A stretch of 64,000 nucleotides of DNA from an uncultured Gemmatimonadales bacterium (GTDB taxonomy: Bacteria > Gemmatimonadota > Gemmatimonadetes > Gemmatimonadales > GWC2-71-9). The notes under the pieces are model-generated. The model was not told where the DNA came from. It saw nothing but the letters and a program-made list of their open reading frames with translations, and searched no databases. Where the stretch lies: NCBI GenBank assembly GCA_963825055.1, contig CAWGSK010000034.1, positions 32,001 through 96,000 of the forward strand, in the 5' to 3' direction. Shown in pieces: positions 29,581-38,089 of this stretch; the first letter of the stretch is position 1; every line of letters begins with the position of its first letter. The translations under genes and the position numbers were made by a program.

Positions 29581-30666
29581 ATGACCCGGTTCCTGCATAT
29601 CGTGGGCGCGCGCCCCAATTTCATGAAGGCGGCCCCGGTGATCCGCGCCGCGCGCGCGACCGGTGGCGTGTCCCAGCTGCTGGTGCATACCGGCCAGCAC
29701 TATGACGACGCCATGAGCGACGTCTTCTTCCGCGAGTTGGACCTGCCGGCCCCGGACGTGAACCTGGAGGTCGGCAGCGCGACCCACGCCGTCCAGACCG
29801 CCCGGATCATGCTGGCCTTCGAGCCGGTGCTGGAAAAATCGAATCCGGACTGGGTGCTGGTGTACGGCGACGTGAACTCGACCGTGGCCTGTGCCCTGGT
29901 GGCCGCCAAGCGGGGTGTCCGGGTGGCGCACGTGGAGGCTGGTCTCCGGAGCCGGGACCGGACCATGCCGGAGGAGATCAACCGGATCCTGACCGACCAG
30001 CTTGCCGACCTCTGCCTGACACCGAGCCGCGACGGGGACGCCAACCTGCGGGCCGAGGGAGTGCCTGCCGAACGGATCGCCTTTGTCGGGAACGTCATGG
30101 TGGACACGCTGCTGTACCTGCTGGACCGCGCCCGGGGTCGCCGCGCGGCGGAGCAGCTCGGCATGAACGGTGACCGCTACGCGTTCGTCACCCTCCATCG
30201 TCCCGGGAACGTGGACGACCCCGCCATCCTTCGGGAACTGCTCCTGGCACTGGATGACCTCGCCGCCCGCATGCCCGTCGTCTTCCCGATCCATCCGCGC
30301 ACGCGCTCCCGGGTGAAGGAATTCGGCCTGGAGGACCTGACCTCGCGCGTCAGGCTGCTGGACCCGCTTCCCTACCTCGACACGATCTCCCTGGTGGATG
30401 GCGCCGCCATAGTCCTGACCGATTCCGGGGGACTGCAGGAGGAAACCACCGTCCTCGGGGTGCCCTGCCTGACCGCCCGCCCCAACACCGAGCGCCCCAT
30501 CACGGTGGAGGAGGGGACCAACCGCCTGGTGGCCTCGAGCCGCGCCGCGATCGGGGCCGCCGTGCAGGATGTCCTGGCCGGTGCCGAGGGCATCCGGGCC
30601 CGCCGCCCCGAAGGGTGGGATGGCCGCGCTGCCGAGCGCGTGGTCGCCGCCGTCCTCTCCCGCTGA
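29581..30666 (+). CDS. wecB: UDP-N-acetylglucosamine 2-epimerase (non-hydrolysing)
   Basis: 'GARPNFMK', 'HTGQHYD', 'HVEAGLRS', 'PEEINR', 'TDSGGLQEE'. Confidence 0.95.
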   Translation: MTRFLHIVGARPNFMKAAPVIRAARATGGVSQLLVHTGQHYDDAMSDVFFRELDLPAPDVNLEVGSATHAVQTARIMLAFEPVLEKSNPDWVLVYGDVNSTVACALVAAKRGVRVAHVEAGLRSRDRTMPEEINRILTDQLADLCLTPSRDGDANLRAEGVPAERIAFVGNVMVDTLLYLLDRARGRRAAEQLGMNGDRYAFVTLHRPGNVDDPAILRELLLALDDLAARMPVVFPIHPRTRSRVKEFGLEDLTSRVRLLDPLPYLDTISLVDGAAIVLTDSGGLQEETTVLGVPCLTARPNTERPITVEEGTNRLVASSRAAIGAAVQDVLAGAEGIRARRPEGWDGRAAERVVAAVLSR

Positions 30667-30754
30667 GGAACCCGCCTCCTTCACTGTCCGCCCTACCCGC
30701 CGCCGCCCCGCCCCGGCTAGATTAGAAGGCTGTTAACGGTGTGGAGGCTTTTAC

Positions 30755-32326
30755 TTGGCATTGCTCCACCTGGGCCGGCTCTTCGAGGAGCAGGCGCGGG
30801 AACAGTCCGGGCGGGACTTTCTGGTTACCGCCGAGCGCCGACTCACCTACGGGCAGGTCGCGTCACAGGTTCGCGCCCTGGCCGCCGCGTTCCAGGGGCT
30901 GGGGATCGGCGCGGGCGACCGCGTGGCGATCAACCTGCCCAACTGGATCGAGTGGGTCGTGTCGGCGCTGGCCTGCGCGCGCCTCGGCGTGACCATGGTT
31001 CCGGTGGATCCGGGCCTGAGCTTTCACGAGTTGAAGTACCAGCTGCGGCACAGCGAGGTGGGAGCGGTCGTGACGGCCGAGTCCTTCGGCGGGGTCGATT
31101 ACATGGACCTCTTCGATGAACTCCTCCCGGAACTGCCGGATCTCCATTTCCTGGTGACCGTTGGCAAGGAAGAGCTGTGGCACGATGACCGGGTCTTCCA
31201 GTTCGAGGACCTGGTCGCGCGGGAGCCGCGCGGCCAACTGCCGCCGGCCGATGACGACCCCGCCGCGCTGCCGCTCGCATTGCTGTACACGTCGGGCACG
31301 ATGGGCAAGCCCAAGGGCGTGGTGCTGTCGCACCAGGCCATTGTGGAGACCGCCCGCCTGACGTCGGAGGCCCTCGATGCCGGGCCGGACGACCGCGCCC
31401 TCGCGGCCGTGCCGTTCTTCTCGGTGTTCGGGGTGAGTATCGTCGTGGGCACCCTGGCCTCCGGCGGTACGCTGGTACTGCAGGAGCGGTTCGAGCCGGG
31501 GGGCGCGCTGGACCTGATGGAGGCGGAGCGGATCACGCTCTGCCACGGTGTCCCCACCATGTTCCAGCTCCTGCAGCGTGATCCCACGTTCGGCCGGCGG
31601 GACCTGTCCGCCGTACGCTCCGGCATTGTCGCCGGCAGCGTGGTCGCAGCCGACCTGATCCGCCGCATCCGGGAATGGTGCGACGTGCAGGTCGCCTACG
31701 GCCTGACCGAGACGGGGCCCACGGTCTCCGTCACCCGCTTCGGCGACCCGGCCGACAAGCGGCTGGAGACCGTGGGCCGCCCGCTGCCGGGCGTGGACGT
31801 GAAGGTGATGGACGTGGCCAGCGGCGTCCTGCATGGCGAGGAAGCGGTGGGGGAGGTGGCCGTGAAAGGTGCCACCCTCATGCACGGCTACCATCGCATG
31901 CCGGGCGAGACGCGGAAATCGATGACACCCGACGGGTACTTCCTCACCGGAGACCTCGCGGTCCTCGACGAGGACGGATACCTGCAGATCGTCGGGCGCC
32001 GGAAGGAACTCATCATCCGCGGGGGCCTCAACGTCACCCCCAGGGAAGTAGAGGACGTATTGCGTCTCCACCCAGGCGTGGAGGAGTCCTGCGTAGTCGG
32101 GATTCCCAACGACGTGCTCGGCGAGCTCGTCTGCGCCTGTGTCGTACCGGTGGAGGGTGCCATCATCACTGGCGACGAACTCAAGGAGTTCTGTCGCGAC
32201 CATCTCGCCGACCACAAGGTGCCCGACCTCGTGCGGTTCTTCGACGCCTTCCCGATGACCGGGTCCGGGAAGGTCAAGCGACGCGAACTTGCACGGGTGG
32301 TGGCTCTGGAGCTGAGCGCTACGTGA
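30755..32326 (+). CDS. AMP-binding acyl-CoA synthetase
   Basis: '[11 protein letters not shown]', 'YGLTET', 'TGDL', 'GKV'. Confidence 0.92.
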   Translation: MALLHLGRLFEEQAREQSGRDFLVTAERRLTYGQVASQVRALAAAFQGLGIGAGDRVAINLPNWIEWVVSALACARLGVTMVPVDPGLSFHELKYQLRHSEVGAVVTAESFGGVDYMDLFDELLPELPDLHFLVTVGKEELWHDDRVFQFEDLVAREPRGQLPPADDDPAALPLALLYTSGTMGKPKGVVLSHQAIVETARLTSEALDAGPDDRALAAVPFFSVFGVSIVVGTLASGGTLVLQERFEPGGALDLMEAERITLCHGVPTMFQLLQRDPTFGRRDLSAVRSGIVAGSVVAADLIRRIREWCDVQVAYGLTETGPTVSVTRFGDPADKRLETVGRPLPGVDVKVMDVASGVLHGEEAVGEVAVKGATLMHGYHRMPGETRKSMTPDGYFLTGDLAVLDEDGYLQIVGRRKELIIRGGLNVTPREVEDVLRLHPGVEESCVVGIPNDVLGELVCACVVPVEGAIITGDELKEFCRDHLADHKVPDLVRFFDAFPMTGSGKVKRRELARVVALELSAT

Positions 32327-33999
32327 ATCAGATTCTGTCGTCCCAGGCCCGCACGGGAGTGCGGCCGACCCATGCCCCCAATGCTGCCCTCCTCATCGAC
32401 TTCGACAACGTCACGCTGGGCATCCGCTCCGACCTGACCAAGGAGCTGAAGAGCCTGCTGTCCAGCGACATCATCAAGGGCAAGGTGGCGGTGCAGCGCG
32501 CCTATGCCGACTGGCGCCGCTACCCGCAGTACATCGTGCCGCTGTCAGAGTCCTCGATCGACCTCATCTTCGCGCCGGCCTTCGGCACGAACAAGAAGAA
32601 CGCGACCGACATCCGGCTCGCGATCGATGCGATCGAGCTGGTGTTCACCCGCCCCGAAATCGGGACCTTCATCCTTCTCTCGGGCGACAGCGACTTCTCG
32701 ACGATGGTCATCAAGCTGAAGGAGTACGGCAAGTACGTCATCGGCGTCGGCCTGCGGGAATCCGCCAGCGACCTGCTGATCCAGAACTGCGACGAGTACT
32801 ACTCCTACAGCGACCTCGCGGGCCTCTCCCGGGAGGATGACCGTCCCTCCGCCCAGCGCGACCCGTGGGAACTGGTCACGGAGGCGGTGACCCAGATGAT
32901 CCGGCGCAACGACGTGATGCGCTCCGACCGCCTCAAGCAGGTCATGCAGCAGATCGACCCGAACTTCGATGAGCACAATGCCGGCTTCAACCGGTTCAGC
33001 AAGTTCATCGTGGAAGCCGGCAACCGCGGGCTCGTGAAGGTCCAGAAGCTGGAGAACGGGCAGTACGAGATCGCGCCGGTGGCCGGCGGCACCGGCGCCG
33101 GTACCGCGGCTGCCCCGGCCCCCGAGGCGAAGCCCGAAGGACGCGAAAGCTCGCGGCGGGGCCGCGGCCGTCGCGGTGGAAGGGGCCGGGACCGGGGCGA
33201 GAAGGCCGAGAGGGTCGAGACTGTCGAGACGGCCGAGACGGAGGCGAAGGCGCCGGAGGCCACCGCGAAGAGGGCGACGCCCGGGCGGAGTGGGGGCCGC
33301 CAGGACCTGAGCCTGGCGCAGGCGTTCGACCTGCTGCGCCGCGCGCTCGAGGAGCTGCCGCGTCCCACAACCGACGATGCCCTCCGCAACCGCATGAGTG
33401 CCCTGTACGGGCGGCATGACGTGCTGCTCGAGGGAGAGCGGTTCGAGCGTCTCATCCGTCAGGCGCACGATGCCGAGATCATCGACCTCGCCAAGGGGGC
33501 CGAAGGCGGGTTCAGCGTCACCCAGCGCGGCGTGGCCCCGACGCCCCAGGCCCGGACCGCGCCGGAGGCATCCAGCGGCCCCGCAACCGATGGCAAGGTG
33601 TCGCTCGACACGGCAACACGTGGCCGGCTGGGATTCCGCCGCGGCTCGCGTACCGGGATGCGGTCCGCGGAGGTTCAGCTGGTCGGGGTAGTCGACCTCG
33701 GCGAGGAGGGTGGCCCCGCGAAGGAGGAGAAGGCCGTGGACAGCGGGAAGAAGGAGACGGGCTCCCGCACGACCCGGAAGAAGGCCACCAAGCGGACGAA
33801 GAAGACCGGGACAAAGAAGGCCACGAGCCGGAAGAAGTCCGCGAGCCGGAAGGCGGCCTCCAGCGGTTCCGGGGAGTCCGCGGCCGACCCGAAGGACGAA
33901 ACGAAGGCCGCCTCGGAGAAGGAGGCCAAGCCGCGCAAGCGCCGCCCCAGGCGGAAGAGTACCAAGTCCACGGCGAAGTCGGCCGGGGATGGCGAGTAG
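32323..33999 (+). CDS. NYN (PIN-like) domain protein with OST-HTH/LOTUS-like region and Lys-rich tail
   Basis: 'LIDFDN', '[12 protein letters not shown]', 'SGDSDF'; '[16 protein letters not shown]'; GTGA overlap start. Confidence 0.88.
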   Translation: MNQILSSQARTGVRPTHAPNAALLIDFDNVTLGIRSDLTKELKSLLSSDIIKGKVAVQRAYADWRRYPQYIVPLSESSIDLIFAPAFGTNKKNATDIRLAIDAIELVFTRPEIGTFILLSGDSDFSTMVIKLKEYGKYVIGVGLRESASDLLIQNCDEYYSYSDLAGLSREDDRPSAQRDPWELVTEAVTQMIRRNDVMRSDRLKQVMQQIDPNFDEHNAGFNRFSKFIVEAGNRGLVKVQKLENGQYEIAPVAGGTGAGTAAAPAPEAKPEGRESSRRGRGRRGGRGRDRGEKAERVETVETAETEAKAPEATAKRATPGRSGGRQDLSLAQAFDLLRRALEELPRPTTDDALRNRMSALYGRHDVLLEGERFERLIRQAHDAEIIDLAKGAEGGFSVTQRGVAPTPQARTAPEASSGPATDGKVSLDTATRGRLGFRRGSRTGMRSAEVQLVGVVDLGEEGGPAKEEKAVDSGKKETGSRTTRKKATKRTKKTGTKKATSRKKSASRKAASSGSGESAADPKDETKAASEKEAKPRKRRPRRKSTKSTAKSAGDGE

Positions 34000-34594
34000 G
34001 CCGCGACGGGCAGCGACTCCGCTGCCCGTCCGCTTTTTCGCCCGCCGGGCCGACGTGGTCGCGCGGGCACTGCTGGGGCAGGTGGTGGTGTCCACCATTG
34101 ACGGCGTGCGCACCGCCGGGCGCATTGTGGAAACCGAGGCCTACCTGGGTGGCGAGGATCCGGCCAGTCACGCATGGGCCTTCCGGAAAACGGAGCGGAA
34201 CCGCGGGCTCTTCGGCCCGGAGGGCAGCTGGTACGTCTACCGCTCCTACGGGATCCACTGGTGCGCCAACCTGGTGTGCGCGCCCCGGCCGGCGGGCGGG
34301 GCAGTCCTTCTCCGGGCGCTCGAGCCGCTGGAGGGTATCGACGCGATGCGCGCCCGCCGCGGCCCCCGCACCGACCGCGAACTCTGCGGCGGGCCCGGCC
34401 GGCTTTGCGAGGCCCTCGGCATTACCCGGGAGCTCGACGAGCGCATGATGGAGGAGAGCGAGGTGCTGGTCATCCCGGGCGAACGCATCCCCCGGAGCCG
34501 GATCGCAGCGGGCCCGCGGATCGGGATCACGAAGGCGGTGGAGCTGCCGTTGAGGTATGTCGTGAGGGGGAGCGGGTGGGTGTCGCGGAAGTGA
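33989..34594 (+). CDS. mpg: DNA-3-methyladenine glycosylase (MPG/AAG family)
   Basis: 'GRIVETEAYLG..DPASH', 'YVYRSYGIHWC.N', 'GPGRLCEALGI', 'GPRIGI'. Confidence 0.93.
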   Translation: MASRPRRAATPLPVRFFARRADVVARALLGQVVVSTIDGVRTAGRIVETEAYLGGEDPASHAWAFRKTERNRGLFGPEGSWYVYRSYGIHWCANLVCAPRPAGGAVLLRALEPLEGIDAMRARRGPRTDRELCGGPGRLCEALGITRELDERMMEESEVLVIPGERIPRSRIAAGPRIGITKAVELPLRYVVRGSGWVSRK

Positions 34595-34749
34595 CTGGCG
34601 ATGAGTGAGTGAATGATAGTGATTAGTGATTAGTGCTTGGCGTGCAAGCGCCTGAAGCGAATGAGCGGCGATCGGGGCAATGGCCCGTCGCCGCTCACTC
34701 GTATCTGCCTTGAATTACCAGTCACGACTCAACAGTCACTACTCATTAC
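34591..34749. repeat. Degenerate heptamer tandem repeats arranged as inverted arms
   Basis: AGTGATT-like units at 34591-34638; complementary CCAGTCAC/ACTCA arm at 34714-34749; lies between convergent genes. Confidence 0.55.
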
Positions 34750-35401
34750 CCGTAATGCTCTCCTTCGCGCCACCCAGCGACAGCCGCAGGCCACCCACGA
34801 AGCTGTGGGTCGGGCCGCTCAGGAGTTTGCCGGCCGCAGGCGAGGTGGTGATCTGGTACATGCCGAACACCTGGACGCCGCCCGCCTGGAGCTGCAGGCC
34901 TGCCACGAAGGTGCCGAAGCCCGTGCTGCCGAGGTCCTCGGCAACCCGGCGCGCGTTGGCGGCCTCGTCCGGGGTCGCAAACGGGCCGGCCGGAACCGGG
35001 TTGTGCAGGTGCATGATCCCGCCCCCCACGCCGATGAACGGCTGCGCGGGTGACTTGAGCGGATACACCATCAGGACGGCTGAATATTTCCGGATGTCAT
35101 TGAAGGTGACCTGGCGCTGGCCGGTGGCCGCGCTCGGGTCGATGTAGGCCGTCACCTCGTCGGACCCGATTCCCTCGTCCACCGACACCATGAGCGCCGT
35201 GCGCCTGGCCGTGATGACCATGCTGCCGCCGGCGGTGGGAATCCCGGACCGTGTCTGGGCGGGGGTCTCGAAGACCGTCACGCCGCCCTGCCCGCCAATG
35301 TACCAGTGGAACATGTTTCCCTTGAGCTGGGCCGCGAGATTCGGGGCGGTCAGCAAGGCGGCGGCAAGGACCAGGATACCGCTCTGGATGAACCTCTTCA
35401 T
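34739..35401 (-). CDS. Exported protein, probable outer-membrane beta-barrel
   Basis: GGAGG RBS; signal peptide MKRFIQSG...LAAQ; alternating beta strands 'PFIGVGGGI', 'FVGGLRLSLG'. Confidence 0.65.
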   Translation of the reverse strand: MKRFIQSGILVLAAALLTAPNLAAQLKGNMFHWYIGGQGGVTVFETPAQTRSGIPTAGGSMVITARRTALMVSVDEGIGSDEVTAYIDPSAATGQRQVTFNDIRKYSAVLMVYPLKSPAQPFIGVGGGIMHLHNPVPAGPFATPDEAANARRVAEDLGSTGFGTFVAGLQLQAGGVQVFGMYQITTSPAAGKLLSGPTHSFVGGLRLSLGGAKESITGNE

Positions 35402-35747
35402 CAGAGTCCTCCGGAAGTGCGCGTCTCGTTTCGCGGTGCGCAGGTAGGGTGAGACGGGTGACGGCAGGGCCGGCCGCCTCAGGATTAACATCGGGCTTTT
35501 GTCGGAATCCGGCAAATCCCGAACCGGGAGCCGCTCCCGGGCCGTCCGGCGGTGCGCGGGGGCCGCCGGGGAGCCCGGGCTTGTGCTGCATCTATTTGGT
35601 ATGGTTGAACTTGGATCATGACAGCCTGGTCGGCCCGCCGTCCGTTCCGATGAAGGCCGCCGCAGGCGCCGGATAGCCCCCGCCTTCCTGGCGCCGTCGG
35701 CCTAAGGCATTTGCAAACAACAGCTTGCAAAACGCCAGAAGACGCTC

Positions 35748-36947
35748 CTAGATCAATTCGAGTTTCCTGCCGACTTTCCGGATGGCTGACAGGGCCTCGT
35801 CCAGGTCGTCCCGTGTATGGGCAGCGGAGATCTGGCATCGGATCCGTGCCTCACCCTGGGGCACGACCGGATAGCCGAATCCGGTCACGAACACGCCTTC
35901 GTCCAGCAGCATCCGGCTCATCCGGATCGCCTGTGCGGTTTCGCCCAGGATGACCGGGATGATCGGTGTCTCACCCGGCAGGGGGCGGAAGCCTTCCGCC
36001 AGAAGTTGCTCGCGGAAGTAGTTCGCATTGTCCCGGAGCCGGCCGACCAGATCGGGATGGGCTTCGAGGTACTGCACGCTTGCCAGGGCGCTTGCGGCCA
36101 CTGTCGGGGGAAGCGCGTTGGAGAAGAGCTGCGGGCGGGCCCGCTGCGTGAGGTAGTCGCAGGCGGCCTCGCTGCCCGCGACGAAGCCTCCCGCAGCGCC
36201 CCCCAGCGCCTTGCCCAGGGTGGAGGTGATGAGGTCCACCTCTCCCACCATGCCGAAGTGTTCTGCCGTGCCGCGCCCGTTCGTGCCGAGGACGCCCGTG
36301 GCGTGGGAATCGTCGAGCAGCAGGACCGCGCCGTGCTTCCGGCAGACCTCCAGGAGGTCGGGCAGGGGGGTAATCGCGCCTTCCATGGAGAACACGCCGT
36401 CGCTCATCACCAGCTTGACTTTCCGGTCCGACGCGGCGGCCAGCTTCGCATCCAGGTCCTTCATGTCGGCGTGGCGATAGACGCCCGTCGCGCACTTGGT
36501 GATCGACTTGGCGAGCCGGATGCCGTCGATGATGGACGCGTGGTTGAGCTGATCGCTCAGGACGAGGTCGTCCTCGGTGAGGAAGGTCGCCGGGACCGCC
36601 TCGTTGGCGTTCCAGCAGCTCACGAAGCTCAGGGAGGCACCCGTCCCCACCAGCCGGGCGCAGGCGCCCTCGAGTTCGCGGTGGACGGTGAACGTGCCGC
36701 AGATGAACCGCACCGAGGCCGTGCCGGCGCCATAGCGGTCAAGGCCCGCCTTGCCGGCCGCCACGACCTCCGGGTTGTTGCTGAGGCCGAGGTAGTTGTT
36801 GGACGAGAGCACGATCACCTCGCCACGGCCTTCCATCGTGACGCGGGCATCCTGCGGCCCCTCGATGTAGTTCAGGGTCTTGTAGACCTCGTCGCGGCGG
36901 AAATGCTCGAGTCCCTCGCGGAGCCTTGATTCCAGGGTGTTCGTCAT
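35748..36947 (-). CDS. kbl: Glycine C-acetyltransferase (2-amino-3-ketobutyrate CoA ligase)
   Basis: 'SSNNYLGL', 'ASVRFICGT', 'DGVFSMEG', 'TLGKALGG'; coupled to tdh by ATGA. Confidence 0.93.
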   Translation of the reverse strand: MTNTLESRLREGLEHFRRDEVYKTLNYIEGPQDARVTMEGRGEVIVLSSNNYLGLSNNPEVVAAGKAGLDRYGAGTASVRFICGTFTVHRELEGACARLVGTGASLSFVSCWNANEAVPATFLTEDDLVLSDQLNHASIIDGIRLAKSITKCATGVYRHADMKDLDAKLAAASDRKVKLVMSDGVFSMEGAITPLPDLLEVCRKHGAVLLLDDSHATGVLGTNGRGTAEHFGMVGEVDLITSTLGKALGGAAGGFVAGSEAACDYLTQRARPQLFSNALPPTVAASALASVQYLEAHPDLVGRLRDNANYFREQLLAEGFRPLPGETPIIPVILGETAQAIRMSRMLLDEGVFVTGFGYPVVPQGEARIRCQISAAHTRDDLDEALSAIRKVGRKLELI

Positions 36948-37984
36948 GCGCCGATCTCCAGGATGACCTTGCCCGCCGAGCCGTCTTTGATGACCTGGAT
37001 GGCCTCGGCGATCTGGTCGAGGCGGAAGCGATGGGTGATGACCGGGGTCGGGTCGAACTGGCCGGCACGGAGAAAACGTCCCATGAGCGACCACGTCTCG
37101 TACATCCGGCGCCCGGTGACCCCGTACACGGTGATGCCCTTGAAGATGATGTCGCGCGCGAAATCCACCTCGGTGGTGCGGTTGGGCGTACCCAGGAGGT
37201 TCACGCGCCCGGCCGGCCGGACCACGGCGAAGGCCTGGGCGTGGCCGCTGGGATGTCCGCTCATCTCGCAGACCAGGTCGATCCCGTCACCCCCGGTCAG
37301 TTCCATGACGCGGGCGGTGACATCCTCCGAGGCGGGGTCGAGCACCGCATGCGCCCCCATGGCCTGCGCGATCTTCCGGCGGGTGGGGTTGTAGTCGCTC
37401 GCGATCACCTGCGAGGCCCCGGCGGCGCGGGCGATGCCCACGGCAAAGCAGCCGATGGGGCCGCACCCGATGACCATGACCGTGCTGCCGGGCACCTCGG
37501 CCTCGAGCACCGTATGGACCGCGTTGCCGATCGGGTCCATGATGGCACCCACCTCCGGGGCGATCCCGTCCAGCCGTATCACGTTGGAGGCCGGCATGGC
37601 GATGTAATCGGCAAACGCGCCGTCACGGTCCACGCCGATGATCTGGGTCCGGGTGCAGACATGGAAGTCGCCGGTGCGGCACGGGATGCAGTGGCCGCAG
37701 ATGATGTGCCCCTCGGCCGTGACCAGGTCGCCCACGGCCAGCAGGCCTGCGGCCTCGGCGTCGTCGCCGAGCTCGACGATCTCCCCGCTGAACTCATGGC
37801 CGATCACGACGGGGGGCTTGAGCCGGTTGCTGGCCCAGGCGTCCCATTCCCAGATATGGAGATCCGTGCCGCAGACGCCGGCGAAGCGAACCTTGATCAG
37901 GACTTCATGGGGACCGCAGGTGGGCCTGGGGACCTCCCGCAGTTCCATTCCGGGGCCGGCGGTTGTCTTGACCAGCGCGCGCAT
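36944..37984 (-). CDS. tdh: L-threonine 3-dehydrogenase
   Basis: 'CGTDLHI', 'GHEF', 'EGHIICGHCIPC', 'GRRMYETW'. Confidence 0.95.
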   Translation of the reverse strand: MRALVKTTAGPGMELREVPRPTCGPHEVLIKVRFAGVCGTDLHIWEWDAWASNRLKPPVVIGHEFSGEIVELGDDAEAAGLLAVGDLVTAEGHIICGHCIPCRTGDFHVCTRTQIIGVDRDGAFADYIAMPASNVIRLDGIAPEVGAIMDPIGNAVHTVLEAEVPGSTVMVIGCGPIGCFAVGIARAAGASQVIASDYNPTRRKIAQAMGAHAVLDPASEDVTARVMELTGGDGIDLVCEMSGHPSGHAQAFAVVRPAGRVNLLGTPNRTTEVDFARDIIFKGITVYGVTGRRMYETWSLMGRFLRAGQFDPTPVITHRFRLDQIAEAIQVIKDGSAGKVILEIGA

Positions 37985-38089
37985 GAGTGCTCGAGGCTGA
38001 GGTGCGGCGGGAAAGGTAATGGGATGCCGAGGCGAGGAGCAGTCGCCGCGCGCGCGCGGCGACTGGCGAGTGGCGAGTGGGGAAGGGGC

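Noticed and set aside
31675..32322. N-terminal extension of the NYN ORF (likewise 49433-50344, 29374-29580, 18002-18364)
   Set aside because: They overlap real neighbouring genes; better starts exist downstream.
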